The translations under genes and the position numbers were made by a program. A DNA stretch of 64,000 nt, taken from Octopus bimaculoides (taxonomy: Eukaryota). The stretch is from positions 77,046,034-77,110,033 of the forward strand of contig NC_068986.1 in assembly GCF_001194135.2 (NCBI RefSeq). Direction: 5' to 3'. Positions 1-10,753 of the stretch are shown here, one piece after another; positions within the stretch are counted from its first letter, which is position 1; the number at the start of each line of letters is the position of its first letter. The notes beneath the pieces are model-generated. The model was not told the DNA's origin. It saw nothing but the letters and a program-made list of their open reading frames with translations, and searched no databases.

Positions 1-1047
1 AAATGTTTAACCGTTTTCATTATTGTTGCCCACAGATCAATAAAATGTGTTATACATCTGTCAAATGCTAAAATCGATTTAATCGACTACTCTTCAAAAA
101 GAAAGTGTTGTGTCCTTGTAACTATTTAGAAATAAGCTTTCTAAAATTTAGCACAGTTTGTGGTTGTCTTAATATAAAAGTTAGCTGGGTATTTTTTTAA
201 ATAATCCTTAGGAATATTCTGTTTTTACTTTGAGCACTCCGGGTAGTGATGAAGTTCTTTCTCTATCTGGTGTTTTAGGTGTATTCTGTTTAGAAGAGTA
301 GGACAGCTTTGCTAGTGACCTCACATTACTCTTTAATTGCTATAGCTTAAATAAGTAGTAATTTGCTCAAAGCAAAACAGATGGGAAACTTTAAAAGAGA
401 AGGCTAGCAGATAACTCGACCCAATAAATTGGTGTTATTTGCGAGCATGTAATTGTATGTAGGGTGTGAGCACGCGGACGCGTGCGTGTGGACGTGCGTG
501 CAATGTGTCAGGTAATTGCGTGTGTATGTGTATATGATATGTGCAAAGCGTAGGGTGTGTATGAGTACGCGTGTTTGTATATATATCTGTACTTTTTTCA
601 TGAAGAACAAAAAGAAAACATTTTAGCAAAGTTACAAATAGCTAAGATATATTCTAACCCCTCGCTCTCTTTCTTTCTTCCCCTTTCTCGCCTTCGCTTT
701 TTTTCTTTTTCTGAAAACAAGAAATAGAAAATCGTATGTACTTTAAAATGTATTTTCAAACTACTTAATATATTAATGCCATGAGTGATTGAGAGATGGG
801 AAACTGTTTTCTTGATTAGCACCCTTAAGAAAATTGGATACCAAAAGAATCAAAGAACNNNNNNNNNNNNNNNNNNNNNNNNNNNNNNNNNNNNNNNNNN
901 NNNNNNNNNNNNNNNNNNNNNNNNNNNNNNNNNNNNNNNNNNNNNNNNNNNNNNNNNNNNNNNNNNNNNNNNNNNNNNNNNNNNNNNNNNNNNNNNNNNN
1001 NNNNNNNNNNNNNNNNNNNNNNNNNNNNNNNNNNNNNNNNNNNNNNN

Positions 1048-1390
1048 CTTTAACCCTAACCCTAACCCTAGGGTTAGGGTTAGGGTTAGGGTTAATTGTT
1101 TCAGAATCGTTTGTTTATGTAGTCGGCACTTAATGTATATCGGCTGAATAGACGTCAGTGATTGGTTGAAATTACAGAAATACAACAACTTTAACATGGA
1201 ATAATTTATGGATTTCTTTTTTTTTAAAGAAGACTAAGAGAAAAAGATGTTTTATATGACACATTCTACCAGTGTTCCAAGTTTCAAAGTGTTTCGTTAA
1301 TGAAAAATGTGGCCCCCGTTTTAAAAAAGATCCAATTTGAGCTAAACAAATACGTTCTGGTTCAAAACTTGATGTATTAACACACAAATT
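1048..1390. repeat. interspersed repeat with inverted telomeric hexamers (CCCTAA)3/(TTAGGG)4 next to an N-gap
   Basis: Palindromic array at 1051-1088; the downstream block AAGATGTTTTATATGACACATTCTACCAGTG recurs at about 19990-20045. Confidence 0.6.
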
Positions 1391-2064
1391 GTTACGGACT
1401 GTTTTAGAATAATCAGTCGCATGTAGATTTATTTGTTGATCTTGATAGCTAAACCGTTATTCCGGTTAGAAAGTTCCTAAAACGAATGGCCATTCTTTGA
1501 TTTGTTCCCCCAAAATATTCTTTAAGTATTATTTTTGTCTTTCTGAAGTTGGCTGTGACAATTTTCTTGAACTGTTTGTGATGAGTTTAATGTGCAATAT
1601 AATTCTGGACAAGCTCTCACACAGAGGTTCAAAAAAAAAATCACGGTAGATATCCATTTAAAATGCTGAGTCTGGTGCGAGTGCAAATAGTGGAATGGTT
1701 ATTTGCTAAATTCTCTTGACTCATAATAGAAGTTCTGCTCACTCCTGCAAATTAAGGAAACATTGAATGATCATACAGTGCTCCTGTTGCTTACTATACA
1801 ATAATATGTATTTACTACATGGTACCTATTTGCAGGCGCATTGGACTGGAAAAAATGCAATGAATTGGACAAGAGAATTGCACACATTGTGCAGATAATA
1901 GGACATGAACTCGTAGATGATTGAGTCAGTGGTGAAACGTTAGAATAGGAAGAAACAAGCGATGGACTGCGTTGGCAAATAACAGAGTAAAAACTTCACA
2001 AACTGGGATAAAATATATTGCTGTAGAAACGAAGTCTCAAATTTCAGGAAGACCACATCAATGG

Positions 2065-2185
<121 letters not shown>

Positions 2186-2322
2186 TGTTTTGCTGACGGA
2201 GGTGGACAAATAGTAGTAGTAAAATTATGAAGAAAGTTAAGTGAAAATGAGGAGAGGTGTGACAAGGGGAGATTACTGCTAGAAGGAGAGTAACAGTTAA
2301 AATGAGTAGTAAATTCTTTTCT

Positions 2323-2507
2323 ATTCTAGGCCCAAGGCCCGAATGTTTTTGGGAGGGGGTTAGTTGATTAGATCGACCTCAGTACGCAACTGGTACTTAA
2401 TTTATCGACCCCCGAAAGAATGAAAAGTAAAGTCGACCTCGACGGAATTTGAACTCAGAACGTAAAGACAGACGAAATACCGCTAAGCATTTTGCCCGGC
2501 GCGCTAA
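2323..2507 (-). mobile_element. tRNA-related SINE (family C); related decayed copies near 24700-24850, 27070-27400, 27715-27800, 28140-28270, 60970-61150
   Basis: Minus strand has a B-box-like GTTCAAATTCC followed by the GTCGATAAATTAAGTACCAGTTG body that recurs in the window. Confidence 0.7.
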
Positions 2508-3119
2508 GTAGTAAAATGAGTAGTAAATTGACAAATTTACTACTGGTATTTAACCCCTTAGCAATTAGACCGGTTATATCAGGTATAAATAATTTACTTG
2601 TTTTGTGATCAAACTGGTCAGATCTGGCATCTCATACCTGCCCAGAAATGTCATTCTAAAAANNNNNNNNNNNNNNNNNNNNNNNNNNNNNNNNNNNNNN
2701 NNNNNNNNNNNNNNNNNNNNNNNNNNNNNNNNNNNNNNNNNNNNNNNNNNNNNNNNNNNNNNNNNNNNNNNNNNNNNNNNNNNNNNNNNNNNNNNNNNNN
2801 NNNNNNNNNNNNNNNNNNNNNNNNNNNNNNNNNNNNNNNNNNNNNNNNNNNNNNNNNNNNNNNNNNNNNNNNNNNNNNNNNNNNNNNNNNNNNNNNNNNN
2901 NNNNNNNNNNNNNNNNNNNNNNNNNNNNNNNNNNNNNNNNNNNNNNNNNNNNNNNNNNNNNNNNNNNNNNNNNNNNNNNNNNNNNNNNNNNNNNNNNNNN
3001 NNNNNNNNNNNNNNNNNNNNNNNNNNNNNNNNNNNNNNNNNNNNNNNNNNNNNNNNNNNNNNNATATCAGAGTATAATTATTAGGGCAGGTACAATTTCC
3101 AAGCGAAGATGAAAATTAT

Positions 3120-5660
3120 CTTTTCAAATGAGAGACTGAAAACACAACTTTGAGCTACTGTAAAAGATATCCCTGTGAAAAGCTGAATCTCAGAGTTTTC
3201 AGTGCGTCTGGATGACGTTTCAGATGTTGTAGTATATTATGGAGTGAAAAAGTCAGGAGTAAAATCACCTCTCCAGAAACTCAGACGCCATCGAGAGACG
3301 TATAACATCCGGAGGAAGAAAAGGGATCTAAAAAAAAAAACCAGATTAAAGCTGCTTCGGCATTTGAGAAACAAGAATTAGAAAAGCTTTGGAGAGACCT
3401 CAAAGCGAGACATAGTACACTCAACAAAGCGAGACATAGTACATTCAGCAAAGCGAGACAGTACACTCAGTAAAGCGAGACATAGTACACTCAGCAAAGC
3501 GAGACATAATACACTCAGCAAAGCAGAGACAACAAGGAAGAAAAAAGGATACGAGATTCTTTCTTCAGGAACTTCTTCCAATTCGCCAGGAAACTATTCG
3601 AGCAGCCAAAGTTTGGGACAATCACATCAGAGAAAGAAGCTCTTGAGCAACATCATAGGGAAACATTCAGACTCACAGAATGAGACATCACTTGCAATCT
3701 AATGTCTGTCTGCCAGGATAATTGTTCGATGACAGACCACCAACACTGGGGGAAGTAAGGAAAGTAGTTAAGAAAACCAGGGTCAAACGGAATACCCTAC
3801 CTGTTGTACAAGTAATGTTCCAGTGTTCTTGAGTGGTTTCACAGACTGATAAGGTTAGCATTGAAGATCAGCGACCATTGGATGAGAGCCGAAGGAGTAT
3901 ACATCAGCTAACTCGGACCAATATCACTTCTGAACGTTGAAAGAAAAATCTTCTGTTATGACGGCAAGGCTAACGAAATATCTCACAGAGAATAAGTACT
4001 TGATGTGTCAGTTCAGAAGGGAAGCATCCCTGGAGTGTCGGATTGTGTAGAACATACCTTAATTATTTGCGAGGCAATCCAAAGATCTAGAACAGAAAAA
4101 AAGAGGCATTGATGTGGTCTGGTACGATCTGGCGAATGCCTACGGTTCGGTTCCACACAAGATGATTCACCTACGAGCTCTTGAGACATATCATGTTCCA
4201 AAGAACATCCAAGAAATGTTGAAGAAGTTTTTTTCGTGGTTTCTTTATGCGATTCTCCACCAAAGAGTAGAGAACCGTCCGAATCTATGTGGAAGTAGGC
4301 ATAGAAATGAGCTGTGAAATCTCCCCTTTACTGTTTGTGTTGGCAATGGCAATCATCCTGAATGCAACTGTGGGATAGTCAGCTTCAAGAGAACTTGGAG
4401 ACGGATTTCAGATGCCATCTCTAAAAGTCTTCATGGACGACACTACAGTCCTTTCCGTAAAGGAAGATGAAACACGCAAAATACTGAAACAGTCGGACGA
4501 GGTAGTTGCGTCATCGAGAATGAGGGACAAACCAAAAAAGTACCGGAGCCTCTCTCTGTGCGGAAACAGAAATTAGAAGAAACAGTTGTATTCACATTAG
4601 CCAGCCAGAATAACCCAACAGTAGCAGAGGAACCAGTCAAAAGCCTTGGACGATGGTACGACGACACCTTGAAAGATACAAAAAGGAGAATCGAATCCAA
4701 GCAATTGATAGGAAAAAGTTGGTAGGTCATAGACCAGTGTTGCCGCTCTGGCAAATACAAAGTTTGGTGTTTTCAGTTCATGTCATTCTCAAAACTTCTC
4801 TGGCTTCTGCTGATTTACAATATCAGTACTAGCATAGTGAGGGATGTGGAGACCGAAATCAACAAGTACGCAAAGAAGTGGCTTGATGTCCCCCCACATC
4901 TTACTGATGTTGTACTCTACTGTTGCTATGTCAAGCTGAAGCTATCTCTCAAGTCCATCATTTAGGAATACAAAGCCAGGAAATCAAGGCTATTAACCGA
5001 GCTTGAAGACTCGAAAATAAGGTCGAGAGGCCAGTCCAGCCCAAGCTGAAAACAGGAAGGAAATGGAGAGTCCAGAAAGCAGTGGATGCAACAAAGGAAA
5101 GCCGTACCATCAGAGAAATAATGGGACACACCCAGGCCATTAGGCAGACTTGGCATACCAAAAACTGGAATGGTGGTTAGAGACGAGGGGAAAGATAAGG
5201 AGAGATATGATTTTACAGGAGGTGAAAAAGGAATAGGATGCGATAATAATCCGGGAGGCAGCACAATAAAGCAAATTGGGCCGGTGGACGTTGTAGGAAG
5301 GTGCATTTCAGAAGTGTTTCAACAGTAACGACTTTTGACACATGGCACCTTTTAGAATAAGTTTTATTTTTAGATCTTTTTATTATCTCCTGCCTTCAAA
5401 TATGAACCTAGTGAAGTGGGGTAAATCAAATTATCCTGAGTGGCCCACTCTGCCGGAGTATGCAGACAATGGGTCGTGTTCCGAGCTCCTGCAGAGTAGC
5501 ATTAGCCTAAGGAAGATACACGTGGAGGTACAATCAAGTGCTTAAGGAGATCGTACAAGCAAAATGCATCAAATAATTGTCAAGAACAGCTATGACATGC
5601 AGGGCACGGGAATGGAGTCTTCTGCTGTTCAGCTCTCTTGAGCATTTTTTGCCACTACTA
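3120..5660 (+). mobile_element. degenerate HERO-clade non-LTR retrotransposon in the intron of the tetraspan gene
   Basis: Frameshifted RT with VWYDLANAYGSVPH, GIEMSCEISPLLFVLAM, VFMDDTT, EPVKSLGRWYDDTLKD, KLKTGRKWRV, RSFYYLLPSNMNLVKWG and a GRYTWRYNQVLKEI remnant; ends before the RLE PD motif at the (CA)n. Boundaries approximate. Confidence 0.75.
3401..3530 (+). repeat. 24-bp tandem repeat (about 5.5 copies) inside the HERO ORF
   Basis: Unit CAAAGCGAGACATAGTACACTCAG (KARHSTLS); one unit is 22 bp. Confidence 0.9.
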
Positions 5661-5667
5661 TACTATA

Positions 5668-5750
<83 letters not shown>
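5668..5750. repeat. (CA)n microsatellite
   Basis: About 41 CA units, read directly. Confidence 0.95.
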
Positions 5751-5753
<3 letters not shown>

Positions 5754-5968
5754 GTCAACGATTTTGTCTTTAGAACTTATGCATTCAGGTTCAAGTCTCG
5801 AGGAAAGCTATCTGCCATAGATTCTTCAAACATCACCAGAAAAATAAATTCAAAATTCGTAAAAATTTTATCCAGTCTTATAGCTGCTCTCATATGTTAT
5901 CTTATCATATTCATTTTAATTTACCGAAAACATTTTTTATTTATTTATTTTTGTTTGTTTATTTTCAG

Positions 5969-6115
5969 ACTGGTTCAAGGCTTGTCAGGCTCTGGAAATT
6001 CTAGGACTAATTGCTCTGTTACTTGCTTTCATCATTCTGTTTTTGTACATGTTTGTGGAAACCTGCCGAGGACGCAATGCACTCCTGGCTATCATGATTT
6101 GTACATTTGCTGGAG
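5969..6115 (+). CDS. PMP22/EMP/claudin-family tetraspan protein, internal exon (147 nt)
   Basis: TTTTCAG| acceptor, GAG|GTAAG donor, phase 1-1. (D)WFKACQALEILGLIALLLAFIILFLYMFVETCRGRNALLAIMICTFAG has the W..A.QA motif plus TM2 and the start of TM3. Confidence 0.85.
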
Positions 6116-6875
6116 GTAAGATAATAATTTGACTAATTCTGTTATTTACCAACCATTTATCCACTTCATAGACAGACCGAATATGTTGAATCTATTTTTA
6201 ATATGATTTCAATATTATTTTTGAAGTGGCTCCAATATTAAGATTCGCCACACTGTTTTCTATCGGTTATAAACTACGAGATAATTTTTTTGTGAGGGAT
6301 TACTAAATATTGCTATGCATAACAGCTCGTGAAATGATTTGCTTTCCATTGGATTTTCTCATTTGCCCACAGGAACACAAACTTATGAGACCAATACACA
6401 GATTATCAATTTTTGTTATCAAATGAAGAAAATTCCTCACTGCTAGTTAGTCGACCATCATACTAAAGAGATTGTAGCAAATATCATATATATACTTATC
6501 AACTGACGATATTAACAGTTTTTTCTAAAATCAGATTATTCATTAATTCCCAATTATTTGGGCGAAAAAGCTTGTTTCAAACACAATTGTATCTCAGCTT
6601 ACAATGAATTATAGGGATTGATGGTGCCCTAAACGTTTGATAAACTTTGGAACGTTTCTCCCAGTATAGTAGCCGTATCGGTTTCCAGATTTGCCATTAA
6701 AATATAAATTATTCATTGACAAAAATATATACAAAATGTCAATCATTTATACTTTTGATAAATTAGCTTTTCTCCCTATACTGCACATTAGGTGATATCA
6801 ATATCCACTAAAACGTTTCAAAATGTTCTTCAAAGCTAAATATCGATGTTACCAAGTCAGTTAAGCTTCCGATTA

Positions 6876-7773
6876 CGAGGTGGTATCAAAAAAATATCTG
6901 GACTAGTTATGTTTAATAAAAAAATTACTTATTTACCTAAGTTTTAACATTGCCTGCTTCGAAATAGTCACCTTGTGCAGCAATACACTAGTCCCAGCGT
7001 TCCTGCCATTTTTGCAATCCGGCCTGGAAGTCGTTTTCCGTAAGCGAGTCGAAGACCTCTGCGATTCGCTCTGGATCTTGACAACGGTGTTAAACGGTGA
7101 CCTTTGACCTGCATTTTTCATCTTGGGGAAGAGACGGAAGTTTGCAGGTACTAAATCTGGCGAATAAGGCTGGTGTGGAAGCAATGCCATGCTGTTTTTG
7201 GCGAGAAACTCACGAGTGAGGAGAGCTCGGTGACAGAGTGCATTGTCGTCGTGAAGAATTCAATTGTTCGCCCTCCACAGATCCAGTTGCATTCAACGAA
7301 TGTTCTTCCTCAAACGATTTAAAACATCGCAGTAGAACTCTCGATTGACAGTCTGGCTCGGGGGGTCGAATTCTCGATGCACAATACCACATTTCCGGGA
7401 GTGACGCACGAGGTAGGTCTTCCAGATCGCTCATCATCTTCCAGGGACGTTCTTCTGCTTTTGAAGCGCCCGTACCACTCGGAACATTGCGTACAACCCA
7501 TTACATCGTCGCCGTAGGCTTGCCGAAGCATGCTTAATATCTCTGTAGTAGACTTTTCATGTTTAACACAAAATTTCATGTTGGTTCTTTGTTCCAACTT
7601 CCTGTCCATGACAAAATTACAGACTACAGCATACACGTGACCACAAAAGCAAATTTCACAACTTGCGAAGTAAACACATAAGGCACTGCTAACTCTCACT
7701 GCGCACACAACCGTGTGTTGCTATCTGTTGGCGTGCTACAGAACTAGTCCGGGAAATTTTTGATACCACCTAG
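6876..7773 (-). mobile_element. internally deleted mariner transposon with both ITRs and TA TSD
   Basis: TA|CGAGGTGGTATCAAAAA ... TTTTTGATACCACCTAG|TA; transposase remnants EQRTNMKFCVK, EDDERSGRP, LHDDNA..H, PYSPDLVPANFRLFPKMK. Confidence 0.93.
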
Positions 7774-8297
7774 TATAAAACACATGCTTTGATATCATTT
7801 ATTCACAACTGTAGTAAGCTTTTAAGTAAGAGGTTGACATATATCCAATGAATTTACTAGCTGAATTCTTCAAAGGAAAAATCTCATTGCCAGTATGAGA
7901 CGAAGCTCCTCAGCCAAGTTGGGTTTCTGAAGAGATAAGCTATGGTCTCGATTTTTAATTTAAAAAAATAGATAGACATATGTAAACAAACAATGTTTAG
8001 TTTCAATGCGAAACAATAATGGGTTGCTCAATGTTCTCTAAAAAAAAAAAAAAATCCTTGATGCACACTTAGCGTATTATAACGAATCTATAAATAAATT
8101 CCATCAAAGACTTCTGGTGAAAGTTTTAGCAACAAGACAAAATATTTAACCAACGCAGCTTAATAAACATGTTGCCTCTTCTACTGAACCTAGAAAACGG
8201 TAAATACCTTTCTCATTTACAAAACAAGAATCTAATTGAAATCATCATTATCGGCAGTAGCAAAAATTATAGACACTATGTAGAGAGTCCCTCCCTC

Positions 8298-8344
<47 letters not shown>

Positions 8345-8516
8345 ATATATAAGTATATTTGTATATGTTTGTGTATTTATGTAATGTTCTTTCTAATTTC
8401 TCTCTCTGACATTATGTAGAGAGTCCCTTCCTCCCCACCTCTCTCTCTCTCTGTATATACATATAAGTATATTTGTATATGTTTGTGTATTTATGTTATG
8501 TTCTTTCTAATTTCAG

Positions 8517-8668
8517 TTGCATTTATTATCATCGGTGTAATCATATTTAATACGAAGAAAGGCAGCAGCTTGTACGAAATCGGTTGGTCCATGGGATTAG
8601 CCATAGCGGGAGCAGTCTTCGCTTTTATTGCTGGAGTGATGGTTGTCCTGGGCTATCTTGGCAAGTAA
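8517..8668 (+). CDS. PMP22/EMP/claudin-family tetraspan protein, terminal exon; 5' exons not found in window
   Basis: CTAATTTCAG| acceptor, in phase with the previous exon. VAFIIIGVIIFNTKKGSSLYEIGWSMGLAIAGAVFAFIAGVMVVLGYLGK* has the GWS..LA motif before TM4. Confidence 0.85.
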
Positions 8669-9288
8669 GCCCTACGATCTCATTTGGAGGGATGTTGCAG
8701 ATCACTGAAACGCCATTTAATTCCGACTTCACATCTGAACGTTGACAGTAACATGTGAGCTAAGAAAAAAAAAAACAAAAACAAAAAACAAAACAAAGCA
8801 AAAAAAAAAAAAAAAANNNNNNNNNNNNNNNNNNNNNNNNNNNNNNNNNNNNNNNNNNNNNNNNNNNNNNNNNNNNNNNNNNNNNNNNNNNNNNNNNNNN
8901 NNNNNNNNNNNNNNNNNNNNNNNNNNNNNNNNNNNNNNNNNNNNNNNNNNNNNNNNNNNNNNNNNNNNNNNNNNNNNNNNNNNNNNNNNNNNNNNNNNNN
9001 NNNNNNNNNNNNNNNNNNNNNNNNNNNNNNNNNNNNNNNNNNNNNNNNNNNNNNNNNNNNNNNNNNNNNNNNNNNNNNNNNNNNNNNNNNNNNNNNNNNN
9101 NNNNNNNNNNNNNNNNNNNNNNNNNNNNNNNNNNNNNNNNNNNNNNNNNNNNNNNNNNNNNNNNNNNNNNNNNNNNNNNNNNNNNNNNNNNNNNNNNNNN
9201 NNNNNNNNNNNNNNNNNNNNNNNNNNNNNNNNNNNNNNNNNNNNNNNNNNNNNNNNNNNNNNNNNNNNATATATACACACATATATAT

Positions 9289-9336
<48 letters not shown>

Positions 9337-9685
9337 TTTATTAATTATAATTTCTTTAATTTTGTTATCTTGGTTTCTAAATAAAAGCAGCGACCTCCAT
9401 TGAAACGTTCACCGACATTTATATCAAACGTCTTAGTTTTGTCTTTTTCTCTCTCTTCCTTATCATTGTCATAATCATCATGATCATGATCATTATCATT
9501 ATTAATATTATTATTATCATTATCATTATCATTATTATTACATCGTCATTATTGTAAGTGGGGGCGGGGTGATTGTGCAGTTATTAATTACTTTCGGTGA
9601 TCCAAGATAATAAAATATTTACTAACAATTTTACATTTTGCTAAACTATGTATCATTAGATAGTTTAGTTATAACCGAAGAATTT

Positions 9686-9957
9686 GAAATCAGGGTGGTT
9701 AAACTTATTTTATCTCGGTGAAAGTGACATGGTTCCCCAATGTGATTAAACTCCAGTTTATCTAAGTAAAATCGGGGTGGTTAAATTCAGTTCATCTCAG
9801 TTAGATCGGGGTGGTTATATTCAGTTTATCTCAATGAAATCAGGGTGGCTAAATCCAGTTTATCTTAGTGAAATCGGAGTGATTAAATTCAGTATATATC
9901 AGTGGAAACGGCGCTGTTAAATTCCGTATACCTCAGTGAAGTCGAAATGGTTAAACC
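9686..9957 (+). repeat. diverged 34-bp minisatellite, about 8 units
   Basis: Consensus GAAATCGGGGTGGTTAAATTCAGTTTATCTCAGT; units start at 9686, 9768, 9802, 9836, 9870, 9904, 9938 plus one interrupted unit. Confidence 0.8.
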
Positions 9958-10272
9958 ATTAATCGTAATGGAATCCAAGAGTTAATTGTCCAAATCACAA
10001 ATAATAATTCAACTAATGTACATGTGGGTAAGAAATTGTCATCTCTGGTTTCTGTCGCAGTTTACTTTCATATTTTAAGAAAATTTACACTTTGTGGGGA
10101 CCTATCACTTGACCACCAGTGCATAAGTAATAAATAAATGATACGTGGTTTCATAAAAAAAAAACTTTCGATTAATTAGTGAAGATGCAGACATGGGTGT
10201 GTAGTTTAAAGGTTCATTTCGAAACCACGTGTTCCTGCATTCGATCTCATTGTGCAGTATCTTTGGTAGTAG

Positions 10273-10273
<1 letters not shown>

Positions 10274-10341
<68 letters not shown>
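10274..10341. repeat. (ATT)n microsatellite; further (ATC)n(ATT)n at 10701-10753 and (ATT)n at 15677-15724
   Basis: Read directly from the sequence. Confidence 0.95.
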
Positions 10342-10342
<1 letters not shown>

Positions 10343-10700
10343 CTTCGTAACATAGTGTAGGTAAAAATGCACTGGAGTCTTTAGTCATCTGTCAAGTCAC
10401 AACAAGGACCGCAGACAGACAATACTTTCCTTAAGATGTGCACTGTACCCAATAAGGCTACTTTTTGCAAGACATCAATCCTGCATGGGATTTCCAGTTG
10501 CCTTAAGAAGTCTTGAAGTTTCAGTGGGATTGAACCCAACGCTCCACTCACCACTGGAATCACGTTTACATTACCTTCTCGCATTTCATACAGTCTTGTC
10601 ATTTCCACTTTCAGTTCGGAGTACTTGGTGATTTTTTCAACCTCTTTATTCACAACATTCATGTCAGGCTACATCAATGATCTGACAGCATTTGTCTCTC
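10342..10700 (-). mobile_element. 5'-truncated R4/Dong-clade non-LTR retrotransposon (RLE C-terminus and 3'UTR) within (TAA)n
   Basis: IIDVA / NVVNKEVEKITKYSELKVEMTRLY..VIPVVSGALGSIP..LQKVALLGTVHILRKVL, short 3'UTR, (AAT)n at 10274-10341. Confidence 0.8.
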
Positions 10701-10753
10701 ATTATTATCATCATCATCATCATCATCATCATTATTATTATTATTATTATTAT

